Below the pieces are notes generated by a model. That model saw only the letters and a list, made by a program, of their open reading frames with translations. It made no database searches and was not told where the DNA came from. The translations under genes and the position numbers were made by a program. Shown here in pieces: positions 20,500-28,973 of a DNA stretch of 32,000 nucleotides (position 1 is the stretch's first letter; the number at the start of each line of letters is the position of its first letter). Source of the DNA: Pasteurella multocida (lineage in GTDB: Bacteria; Pseudomonadota; Gammaproteobacteria; Enterobacterales; Pasteurellaceae); assembly GCF_900187275.1 (NCBI RefSeq), contig NZ_LT906458.1:2040001-2072000 (forward strand), written 5' to 3'.

Positions 20500-20818
20500 A
20501 AAGCTTGTCCTCTGTTGGTTAATATTACGCGTATTGTAATGGATTTTCAGTGGGTTGTGTTTAAGTATTTTCTCTTTAGCTGGAAAATTCTCCAGGAGAC
20601 GTTTGATGCAATTATTGATGAAATATTTTGATTGTAAACCTTTCATTTACATTGTGAAGAAAAACAAGGGGTTGTATCGAGGCGTGAGTCTTTGTTTTAA
20701 CCAAAGCAAAGAAGAATTACTAATTTGAGTAGCCGGAAGATTTTAACTTAATTTGTAACAGCATAGGGTCGGCGGATATCTAGGAAAATGGAGTTTTTTT
20801 GTCATTTCATTAAATTAT

Positions 20819-20864
20819 TGTTATTTTTATCACAAAAAATTATTTTTTTGTTAACTTTGTCACA
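20819..20864. promoter_or_regulatory. Two CRP-like sites upstream of deoC
   Basis: TGTTA-TTTTTA-TCACA (20819-20834) and TGTTA-ACTTTG-TCACA (20849-20864), centres 30 bp apart. Confidence 0.6.
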
Positions 20865-20884
20865 TTTTATGTATTATTTTCGTG

Positions 20885-20890
20885 TATAAT
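20885..20890 (+). promoter_or_regulatory. Candidate deoC -10 box
   Basis: Consensus TATAAT 28 bp downstream of the second CRP-like site's first base run. Confidence 0.6.
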
Positions 20891-20938
20891 ATGAGCATAT
20901 CGTTCAGCTATAGTTAAATTGTCAATGAGGAAAGAAGT

Positions 20939-21610
20939 ATGGATGCAAAGCAAATTGCACAGTTTATCGATCATACTGCGTTAACCGCGGAGAAAACGGA
21001 ACAAGATATTATTCAATTATGTGATGAAGCCATTACGCATCAGTTTTGGTCAGTTTGTATTAATTCTGCCTACATTCCGTTAGCCAAACAAAAATTAGCT
21101 GGGACGCCAGTCAAAATCTGTACTGTAGTGGGTTTTCCATTGGGGGCAAATCTAAGCACGGTTAAGGCCTTTGAAACGACAGAAGCGATCAAAGCCGGGG
21201 CAGATGAAATTGATATGGTGATTAATGTCGGTTGGATTAAATCAAATAAATGGGATGCAGTAGAAAAAGATATTGCGACCGTGTTAGCTGCTTGTGCAGG
21301 AAAACCATTAAAAGTTATTTTAGAAACGTGCTTATTAAGTAAAGACGAAATTGTAAAAGCATGTGAAATTTGTAAAGCGCTCAATGTGGCGTTTGTCAAA
21401 ACATCAACTGGTTTCAATCGTGGTGGGGCAACAAAGGAAGATGTTGCTTTGATGAAACGAACCGTAGGCGATATTGGAGTCAAAGCGTCTGGCGGCGTGC
21501 GTGATACGGAGACCGCAATCGCGATGATTAATGCGGGGGCTAGCCGTATCGGTGCAAGTGCAGGGATTGCGATTATCCATGGTTTACAGGACGTAAGCAG
21601 TACCTATTAA
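20939..21610 (+). CDS. deoC: Deoxyribose-phosphate aldolase (short, ~223-aa type)
   Basis: [67 protein letters not shown]. Confidence 0.95.
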   Translation: MDAKQIAQFIDHTALTAEKTEQDIIQLCDEAITHQFWSVCINSAYIPLAKQKLAGTPVKICTVVGFPLGANLSTVKAFETTEAIKAGADEIDMVINVGWIKSNKWDAVEKDIATVLAACAGKPLKVILETCLLSKDEIVKACEICKALNVAFVKTSTGFNRGGATKEDVALMKRTVGDIGVKASGGVRDTETAIAMINAGASRIGASAGIAIIHGLQDVSSTY

Positions 21611-21628
21611 TAAATCACTGAGCTTGCT

Positions 21629-22381
21629 ATGGAAAAAATGACGTCTCGCATTCAGAAATTGGAGTTTCTACTTAAGCAAATGGACAAAATTCATCTGCGA
21701 GATGCGGCAGAAATGTTGAATGTGTCTGAAATGACGATTCGACGGGATCTGGTTTCCTGTGCAAGCTCAGTGATTTTATTAGGTGGGTATATCGTTAAAG
21801 ATCCAAAAATTCATGCGCAGAAAGGTTATCGGATCTTTGAACAACAAGAAAAAAACACCGCGGAGAAAATGTATTTAGGAAAGCTCGCTGCTTCTCTGAT
21901 TGAAGATGGCGATGTTGTTTTTTTTGATTGTGGCTCAACAGTGCCTTTTATCGCGACACAAATTAATGATGACATCAAATTTACCGCACTGTGTTGCTCA
22001 ATTAATGCATTTTTAGCCTTACAGGAAAAACCCAATTGTGATTTGATTCTATGTGGGGGACGGTATTCTCGACATAATGCGTTTTTAAATCGTATTCAGC
22101 GTCATAGTGAATTGGATATGATTTGTACCAATAAAGCCTTCATTTCTGCGGCAGGTGTGTCTATCCAACAAGGCGTGACATGTTTTAATTTTGATGAAGC
22201 GAAAGCAAAACAGCGTGTTATGGAGAAAACACAACAAGCCTTTTTAGTGGTGGACCATTCTAAATTTAATCGAGTTGAGCAGGCATATATTGCGGATCTT
22301 TCTGCTTTTGATACTGTGATTTGTGATAAACCCGCACCAACGGCATTCATCGACAAACTGCCGACGTTAATTTTCAAGTAA
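21629..22381 (+). CDS. deoR: DeoR-family transcriptional regulator, close to enteric DeoR
   Basis: LRDAAEMLNVSEMTIRRDL HTH; FFDCGSTVPFIA; LVVDHSKFNRV; start 21629 or 21638. Confidence 0.85.
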   Translation: MEKMTSRIQKLEFLLKQMDKIHLRDAAEMLNVSEMTIRRDLVSCASSVILLGGYIVKDPKIHAQKGYRIFEQQEKNTAEKMYLGKLAASLIEDGDVVFFDCGSTVPFIATQINDDIKFTALCCSINAFLALQEKPNCDLILCGGRYSRHNAFLNRIQRHSELDMICTNKAFISAAGVSIQQGVTCFNFDEAKAKQRVMEKTQQAFLVVDHSKFNRVEQAYIADLSAFDTVICDKPAPTAFIDKLPTLIFK

Positions 22382-22419
22382 TCAAGTAGCCCTTCATGTC
22401 TTTTATCGTGCTCTAACAG

Positions 22420-23031
22420 CTAATAGCTCTCTTTGTGATGTGTATATTCTGCCCCTTTAGCTAACATACGCAATTGTAAAATGACTCTTTGTTTGAGCTG
22501 TTCTCGCTCTGTTTTTTCCATGTCTAAAGCATTGGCGCCAGCAGTAAACACAATGGTGACCATGCCTTCCGCTTGTACTTGTGCCACATATTGTGAGTGG
22601 CTATTACGTTGTGCGATATATTCGCTTAGTTCGTCAACAAAGTGTTTTATTTCGCGTGCTGTGGCCGTGCGAAATGCTTGTGAAGTACCTGAACTTTCAC
22701 GGAGTAAAAGACGGAACATGTTGGGATTATTGGCGATAAATTCAAAAAAAGTTTCGACGGAAATGGCTATCACACTTCCGCCTTTTTCTAAGCGTTTCCG
22801 AGCTTGACGCATTAACTGACGTAATACTAAACCCGCCTCATCAACCATGGTTAAACCAAGCTCGTCCATATCTCTAAAATGGCGATAAAAAGAGGTGGCT
22901 GCGATACCCGCTTCGCGCGCCACTTCACGCAAACTTAAATTGGAAAAACTTTTATCCGCGGTCAGCTGATTAAAAGCGGCATCAATTAATGCACGACGGG
23001 TTTTTTCTTTTTGTAATGCTCTCACACCCAT
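22420..23031 (-). CDS. fabR: TetR-family repressor of unsaturated fatty acid synthesis, FabR
   Basis: 203 aa; [52 protein letters not shown]. Confidence 0.88.
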   Translation of the reverse strand: MGVRALQKEKTRRALIDAAFNQLTADKSFSNLSLREVAREAGIAATSFYRHFRDMDELGLTMVDEAGLVLRQLMRQARKRLEKGGSVIAISVETFFEFIANNPNMFRLLLRESSGTSQAFRTATAREIKHFVDELSEYIAQRNSHSQYVAQVQAEGMVTIVFTAGANALDMEKTEREQLKQRVILQLRMLAKGAEYTHHKESY

Positions 23032-23055
23032 ATTGATATTTTCCTGACTTCAGAA

Positions 23056-23952
23056 TTAGTCCAATACGTCTTGTACTGAATGACTAATGGTCTGTGCAAT
23101 TTTCTCGTAGCGATTTCGTAACGGAGAACCCGGGCGATAAACTAATGTGATTGCACGAGAAGGGGCGGGTGAATGACAAGGAATATATTTGACCCCTGTA
23201 CGATTTCCTTCATTGATCACTGCGAGTTTAGGCATCAGTGTGATGCCGGTATTCGAAGCAACCATGTTGCGCAACGTTTCTAAACTAGTGGCTTGGAAAT
23301 GCGCATTTTCTTTTGCTCCTGCACTGAAGCAGTAACCAATCGTTTGATCGCGCAAGCAGTGCCCGTCATCAAGCATTAACATTTCACAGCCATTTAATCT
23401 ATTCATTGCAATAGTACTCTCATTCGCCCAAGGGTGATTTTCACTGACAGCTAATAGCATAGCTTCATGAAAGATGGGAACCTCGATAAAAGCTTCTGTT
23501 TCGCGTACAGAGGCGACGATGGCACAATCTAAGTGACCAGTTTCTAATTGTTCTAATAATTGATTAGTTTGCGCTTCATATAAGAAAAGTTCTAAATCAG
23601 GAAAGGTTTCTTTGAGTACCGGCATGATATAAGGAAGTAGGTAAGGTCCCACTGTGGGAATGACGCCAATATGTATAGGACCCGTCATATCTTTACCTTG
23701 GTTACTTGCCATTTCTTTAAGTAATTTGACTTCTTTTAAGACATTTTTTGCTTGATCGACAAGGAGTAAGCCTGATTGAGTGAATAACACTTTGCGGCTA
23801 GTGCGTTCTAATAAAATAATCCCTAATTCATCTTCTAATTTGCGAATTTGACCACTTAATGTGGGTTGGCTGACATGACATGCATCGGCGGCACGGCGAA
23901 AATGTTTGTGCTCCGCAAGCGCCACGAGATATTCTAAGTCGCGGATATTCAT
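23056..23952 (-). CDS. oxyR: Hydrogen-peroxide sensing LysR-type regulator OxyR
   Basis: 298 aa; MNIRDLEYLVALAEHKHFRRAADACHVSQPTLSGQIRKLE; redox Cys pair in HCLRDQTIGYCFSAG. Confidence 0.95.
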   Translation of the reverse strand: MNIRDLEYLVALAEHKHFRRAADACHVSQPTLSGQIRKLEDELGIILLERTSRKVLFTQSGLLLVDQAKNVLKEVKLLKEMASNQGKDMTGPIHIGVIPTVGPYLLPYIMPVLKETFPDLELFLYEAQTNQLLEQLETGHLDCAIVASVRETEAFIEVPIFHEAMLLAVSENHPWANESTIAMNRLNGCEMLMLDDGHCLRDQTIGYCFSAGAKENAHFQATSLETLRNMVASNTGITLMPKLAVINEGNRTGVKYIPCHSPAPSRAITLVYRPGSPLRNRYEKIAQTISHSVQDVLD

Positions 23953-24088
23953 TTTGACCTCGTTATTGATAGAAACAATTAAAATTTTTAAATCAATTGC
24001 TTAGAACTATATCATAAATTTGACTAGAATTCATATAAGGAGTAAGATAGATTTTATTGTTTATTAATTAGTCTAAAGGAGATTTTTT

Positions 24089-24814
24089 ATGACATTAATG
24101 GAAGGAAAAAAAGTACCTCAAGTGACATTTCATACTCGTCAAGGCGATCAATGGGTAGATGTAACCAGTGCGGAATTATTTGATAATAAAACTGTTGTAC
24201 TTTTCTCATTACCGGGAGCATTTACACCCACTTGTTCTTCCACTCATTTGCCTCGCTATAATGAATTAGCTTGTGAATTTAAAGCATTAGGAGTAGACAG
24301 TATCATTTGTATGTCAGTGAATGATACGTTCGTTATGAATGCGTGGAAAGCGGATCAGGAATGTGAAAATGTGATTGTCATTCCGGATGGTAATGGTGAA
24401 TTTACCGAAGGCATGGGGATGCTCGTCGGTAAGGAAGATTTAGGCTTTGGTAAACGCTCTTGGCGTTATTCGATGTTAGTGCGCAATGGTATTGTGGAGA
24501 AAATGTTTGTTGAGCCACAAGAACCCGGTGATCCATTTAAAGTCTCTGATGCAGACACGATGATTAAATATCTTAAACCAGAATGGCAAGCTAAGCCTTC
24601 TGTTTCAGTGATCACTAAACCTGGTTGCCCATATTGTGCCAAAGCAAAAGCGTTGTTAAAAGCGAAAGACTATACCTTTGAAGAAATTGTGTTAGGACGT
24701 GATGCCAGTACGATTTCTGTTCGTGCGATTACAGGGAAAACAAGCGTACCTCAAGTCTTTATCGGTGGAAAATACATCGGTGGTAGTGAAGAGTTAGAAA
24801 AGTATTTTGCTTAA
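24089..24814 (+). CDS. Peroxiredoxin-glutaredoxin hybrid (Prx5/PGdx type)
   Basis: 241 aa; peroxiredoxin [19 protein letters not shown] plus C-terminal glutaredoxin [16 protein letters not shown]...[15 protein letters not shown]. Confidence 0.95.
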   Translation: MTLMEGKKVPQVTFHTRQGDQWVDVTSAELFDNKTVVLFSLPGAFTPTCSSTHLPRYNELACEFKALGVDSIICMSVNDTFVMNAWKADQECENVIVIPDGNGEFTEGMGMLVGKEDLGFGKRSWRYSMLVRNGIVEKMFVEPQEPGDPFKVSDADTMIKYLKPEWQAKPSVSVITKPGCPYCAKAKALLKAKDYTFEEIVLGRDASTISVRAITGKTSVPQVFIGGKYIGGSEELEKYFA

Positions 24815-24829
24815 GCTTAAATCAACAGA

Positions 24830-24861
24830 ACAAGTGCGGTAAACTTGACCGCACTTTTTTC
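24830..24861. terminator. Intrinsic terminator after the hybrid peroxiredoxin gene (inverted uptake-sequence pair)
   Basis: AAGTGCGGT 24832-24840 / ACCGCACTT 24848-24856 followed by TTTTT. Confidence 0.75.
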
Positions 24862-24870
24862 TTGTGTGAC

Positions 24871-25095
24871 TCAATAATGTGGTGGTGGAGTTTCTTCGGC
24901 TTGGCTCGCAATGTTGGAAGGTTGCATATCTTTGAATTTATTGACTAAATAACGCAATTGTACATGGATTTTGTCTATGGCAAATTGTTGTTCAACAATC
25001 ACTTGGTTTAACTCATCTAAGAGTTTTTCTTGAAAAGTAGTTTTCATTTCTAACTCAGCAATTCGCTGTTCGAGGGTTTCTTTATTTTGCATCAT
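24871..25095 (-). CDS. slyX: SlyX family protein
   Basis: 74 aa coiled-coil; ends [16 protein letters not shown]; next to fkpA as in enteric genomes. Confidence 0.85.
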   Translation of the reverse strand: MMQNKETLEQRIAELEMKTTFQEKLLDELNQVIVEQQFAIDKIHVQLRYLVNKFKDMQPSNIASQAEETPPPHY

Positions 25096-25183
25096 TTAAC
25101 TCCAAAAAAATAAATGTTGTGAAATTATTCATTCCGTTTTAACCTATCATAATTCATTTTTTCATTATAAAGGATTCAATCTT

Positions 25184-25900
25184 ATGTTTAAAATTCAAAA
25201 GCTTTCTCTTATTACCCTTGTGGTGAGTGCGGTTATTTCTGGCAATGCGTTAGCGAATACGGATGCTAAATTTAACGATGAAGCATCTTACGCAGTAGGG
25301 GTGTTATTAGGATCAAATGTTAAACAAATTGTAGAATCGCAAAAGGGCATAATTGAATACGACAATACGCGTTTATTGGCAGGGGTGCAAGATGTATTAA
25401 ATGGTAAGGTAGATCTTGATTCAAATGAACAAATTGCACAAACATTACAACGCGTACAAGAGAAAATGCAACAAGCGCAAGCTCAGTTACTCGCCGATAT
25501 TGCAAAACAAGCAAAACAAGATGGCGACCAATATCGCCAAGCATTTGAGAAAAAAGCAGGGGCAAAGAAAACCCAATCTGGTCTGTTATATCGCATTGAA
25601 CAAGCAGGGACAGGAAATACGATTAAGCCAACTGACACTGTTACTGTTAATTATACCGGCAAACTCCCTAATGGCGAGGTATTTGACAGTTCGCGTGGTA
25701 AACCGGTGTCCTTTAAATTGAACCAAGTGGTACCGGGTTGGACAGAAGGTTTACAACTTGTTAAAAAAGGTGGAAAAATCGAACTCGTTCTTCCACCAGA
25801 ATTGGCGTATGGGGAGCAAGGGGCTGGACAGATTCCACCAAATGCGACTTTACACTTTGATGTTGAAGTCATCGATGTGAAAGCGGATACACAAAAATAA
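25184..25900 (+). CDS. fkpA: FKBP-type peptidyl-prolyl cis-trans isomerase, periplasmic
   Basis: Signal peptide VVSAVISGNALA; DTVTVNYTGKLPNGEVFDSSRG...PPELAYGEQGAGQIPPNATLHFDVEVI. Confidence 0.92.
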   Translation: MFKIQKLSLITLVVSAVISGNALANTDAKFNDEASYAVGVLLGSNVKQIVESQKGIIEYDNTRLLAGVQDVLNGKVDLDSNEQIAQTLQRVQEKMQQAQAQLLADIAKQAKQDGDQYRQAFEKKAGAKKTQSGLLYRIEQAGTGNTIKPTDTVTVNYTGKLPNGEVFDSSRGKPVSFKLNQVVPGWTEGLQLVKKGGKIELVLPPELAYGEQGAGQIPPNATLHFDVEVIDVKADTQK

Positions 25901-25910
25901 TGAAAAAACG

Positions 25911-25942
25911 ACCGCACTTTGTCAGTAATCATCAAGTGCGGT
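25911..25942. repeat. Inverted uptake-sequence pair between fkpA and the yheO-like gene
   Basis: ACCGCACTT 25911-25919 / AAGTGCGGT 25934-25942. Confidence 0.75.
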
Positions 25943-25973
25943 CATGTCTTTGTAAATAAATGAGAGTAAGGCA

Positions 25974-26645
25974 ATGTTAACGGATAAACAACCTTTTACA
26001 GAGGAAGACAAAACGATTTTACACTCTTATCGAGCGGTAGTAGATGGTGTCAGCGCGTTAATTGGACGTCATTGTGAAATTGTATTGCACTCTTTAGAAG
26101 ATTTAGAACATTCAACTATCTGTATTGCAAATGGGCATAATACCAATCGGCAAATTGGCTCTCCGCTAACGGATCTTGCACTGAAATCTTTACATAATAT
26201 GCAAACGGATAGCGTGTCAAAACCTTATTTTACACGTGCCAAAAATCAGGGATTAATGAAATCGGTCACGATTGCTATCCGCAATAAGCGTCAACGTATT
26301 ATTGGTCTATTATGTATTAATATCAATTTGGATGTCCCTGTCTCTGAATTTATGCAAGCCTTTATGCCAACACAGGCAGAAGCGGAAGCATCTAGTGTCA
26401 ATTTTGCGAGTTCTGTTGAAGAGTTAGTTGCACAAACTGTTGAGAAAACGATTGAAGAAGTCACAGCGGATCGTTTAGTGGCAAACAATAATAAAAATCG
26501 TCAAATTGTCATCTCATTATATGAGAAGGGAATTTTTGATATTAAAGATGCGATCAATTTGGTGGCGGAACGGTTAGATATTTCGCGTCATACGGTGTAT
26601 TTATACATTCGTCAGTTAAAACAAGATTCGGATGAAGCAAAATAA
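25974..26645 (+). CDS. YheO-family PAS/HTH transcriptional regulator
   Basis: 223 aa; N-term YheO-like PAS domain (ALIGRHCEIVLHSLEDLEHSTICIANGH), C-term HTH (INLVAERLDISRHTVYLYIRQLK). Confidence 0.88.
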   Translation: MLTDKQPFTEEDKTILHSYRAVVDGVSALIGRHCEIVLHSLEDLEHSTICIANGHNTNRQIGSPLTDLALKSLHNMQTDSVSKPYFTRAKNQGLMKSVTIAIRNKRQRIIGLLCININLDVPVSEFMQAFMPTQAEAEASSVNFASSVEELVAQTVEKTIEEVTADRLVANNNKNRQIVISLYEKGIFDIKDAINLVAERLDISRHTVYLYIRQLKQDSDEAK

Positions 26646-27025
26646 TGCGTTATGTGCTGTGTGTAAAACAACCTGCTTATGGTAAGCAAGGTGGATTTTT
26701 AGCCTATCAATTGGCGAAAGCCCTGTTGGAAAAGGGACATCAAATTACGCAGGTGTTTTTTTTCCAAGAAGGGGTCACGCATGGCAATGCGTTCCTTTAT
26801 CCCGCGAGTGATGAATTTAATTTACAACACGCTTGGCAACGTTTAGCACAAGATTATCACGTGCCTCTCCATTTGTGTGTAGCAGCAGCACAGCGTCGCG
26901 GTGTCGTCGAACCGTTGACCTCCTCGACAACGCAACAAAATAATCTGGCTTCTTGTTTCGTGTTAGCCGGATTAGGTGAATTTATGAAAGCCAGTCTAGA
27001 AGCGGACAGGGTGGTGTGTTTGTGA
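26645..27025 (+). CDS. tusD: Sulfurtransferase TusD
   Basis: 126 aa; DsrE-like, LLEKGHQITQVFFFQEGVTHG, CVAAAQRRGV; 1-nt overlaps on both sides. Confidence 0.92.
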   Translation: MRYVLCVKQPAYGKQGGFLAYQLAKALLEKGHQITQVFFFQEGVTHGNAFLYPASDEFNLQHAWQRLAQDYHVPLHLCVAAAQRRGVVEPLTSSTTQQNNLASCFVLAGLGEFMKASLEADRVVCL

Positions 27026-27384
27026 TGAAATTGGCATTTGTTTTTCGTTCAACGCCCTTTGGTCGCGCCAGTACGCGCGAAGGTCTTGATGCTTTATTGG
27101 CAGCAACAGCTTTTTGTGATGAACAAGATATTGCGGTCTTTTTTCTTGATGATGGGGTTTTTTCCCTATTAAATCATCAGGATCCTGCACAAATTTTACA
27201 AAAAGATGTGGTCAATATGTTCAAATTACTGGATTTATATGATATCGAGCAACGTTATATTTGCTTGGAATCACTTGCGACAGCAAAAATGACAGCATCT
27301 GACTGTATTATTACTTGTGAAAAAATGGCGCGTGGGGCTTTGCTTACGTTATTAGGTAAAGCAGAACGCGTGCTCACGTTTTAG
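27025..27384 (+). CDS. tusC: Sulfurtransferase complex subunit TusC
   Basis: Start at MKLAFVFRSTPFGRASTREGLDALLA (27025); ORF track lists 27016. Confidence 0.9.
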   Translation: MKLAFVFRSTPFGRASTREGLDALLAATAFCDEQDIAVFFLDDGVFSLLNHQDPAQILQKDVVNMFKLLDLYDIEQRYICLESLATAKMTASDCIITCEKMARGALLTLLGKAERVLTF

Positions 27385-27393
27385 GAAAGTTTC

Positions 27394-27681
27394 ATGTTAT
27401 ATACTTTTGCCGAAGCATCTTATCCTGAAGGCGTGTTGCTCACTTATCTCCAGCAAACGACTTCGCAAGATGCCATCGTGTTATGGCAAGATGGCGTTTA
27501 TCTCTGTGTCAAATACCCTGAGGTTTTTTCGTCACTCAACACGTCTTGTTATGCGTTAGATATTGATGTGGGCGCACGAAATCTTTATCAGTTCGTCTCT
27601 TCGATAGAGAACGTCAAGACGATTTCTTTAACGGAATTAGTTGAATTGACGGAACAGTACTTTCCTCAACTTGCACTGTAA
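27394..27681 (+). CDS. tusB: Sulfurtransferase complex subunit TusB (DsrH-like)
   Basis: 95 aa; QDAIVLWQDGVYLCV; position after tusDC, before rpsL. Confidence 0.88.
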   Translation: MLYTFAEASYPEGVLLTYLQQTTSQDAIVLWQDGVYLCVKYPEVFSSLNTSCYALDIDVGARNLYQFVSSIENVKTISLTELVELTEQYFPQLAL

Positions 27682-27780
27682 ATTTAAGGCAGATGGGTTT
27701 GCCTATAATTCGATAGTGTATTGTGTGCATTTTGCACAGCTTACCCCAATCACTGTGCTGAAATTAGATTTGTCTAATTC

Positions 27781-27810
27781 TTGACATTATTTGAATGACT
27801 TCATTATAAT
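27781..27810 (+). promoter_or_regulatory. sigma70 promoter of the str operon
   Basis: TTGACA 27781-27786, 18-bp spacer, TATAAT 27805-27810. Confidence 0.8.
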
Positions 27811-27863
27811 AGCACGTCTATTTCTGTGTGAAATAGAATACGTATAAAAACATTCTTTTATGA

Positions 27864-28265
<402 letters not shown>

Positions 28266-28401
28266 TGGTTCTCCGTTGAGTAAGGCCAAACGTCTAAATT
28301 AGTAAAACTATTTAAACCATAAACTCCAGTCAAAAGGCGATATTTATCGCAAAATGTAGAGTTTTGGGAAATCCTGAAGATTAATTACGGAGAAATTCGC
28401 A

Positions 28402-28872
28402 ATGCCACGTCGTCGTAGTATTGAACCACGCAAGATTCTTCCAGATCCAAAATTCGGATCAGAATTACTTGCTAAATTTATTAATGTTTTAATGGTAGAT
28501 GGTAAAAAATCTATCGCAGAAAAAATCGTTTATAGTGCATTAGACACATTAGCACAACGTACAGGTAAAGAAGCGTTAGAAGCTTTTGAAGCTGCGCTTG
28601 ATAATGTTCGTCCTACCGTTGAGGTAAAATCTCGCCGTGTGGGTGGTTCTACTTATCAAGTACCTGTAGAAGTTCGTCCAGTACGTCGTAATGCATTAGG
28701 TATGCGTTGGATTGTTGACGCAGCACGTAAACGTGGTGATAAGTCAATGGCTTTACGTTTAGCTAACGAATTATCTGATGCATCAGAAAATAAAGGTGCA
28801 GCAGTGAAAAAACGTGAAGACGTTCACCGTATGGCTGAAGCTAACAAAGCGTTTGCACATTACCGTTGGTAA
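28402..28872 (+). CDS. rpsG: 30S ribosomal protein S7
   Basis: 156 aa; [37 protein letters not shown]. Confidence 0.99.
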   Translation: MPRRRSIEPRKILPDPKFGSELLAKFINVLMVDGKKSIAEKIVYSALDTLAQRTGKEALEAFEAALDNVRPTVEVKSRRVGGSTYQVPVEVRPVRRNALGMRWIVDAARKRGDKSMALRLANELSDASENKGAAVKKREDVHRMAEANKAFAHYRW

Positions 28873-28973
28873 TTTTTTAGCAACTACGTTTTCAGGCTTC
28901 ATCTCATTTAATTATGTGGTGAAGCCTTATACATATTTAAAATTTCATATTTAATTCCAGCAAGGAAATAATA

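Noticed and set aside
20500-20646. N-terminal extension of hldD in the ORF track ([12 protein letters not shown]...)
   Set aside because: HldD begins at [10 protein letters not shown]; the extra 49 codons are upstream non-coding DNA in an open frame.
21983-21991. Possible extra uptake sequence ACCGCACTG in deoR
   Set aside because: Only 8 of 9 bases match; not counted.
24089-24814. Peroxiredoxin-glutaredoxin fusion as a novel domain architecture
   Set aside because: This hybrid is already known from Haemophilus, Neisseria and others.
25416-25721. 101-aa plus-strand ORF (MIQMNKLHKHYNAYK...)
   Set aside because: Out-of-frame overlap within fkpA; composition reflects the fkpA coding sequence.
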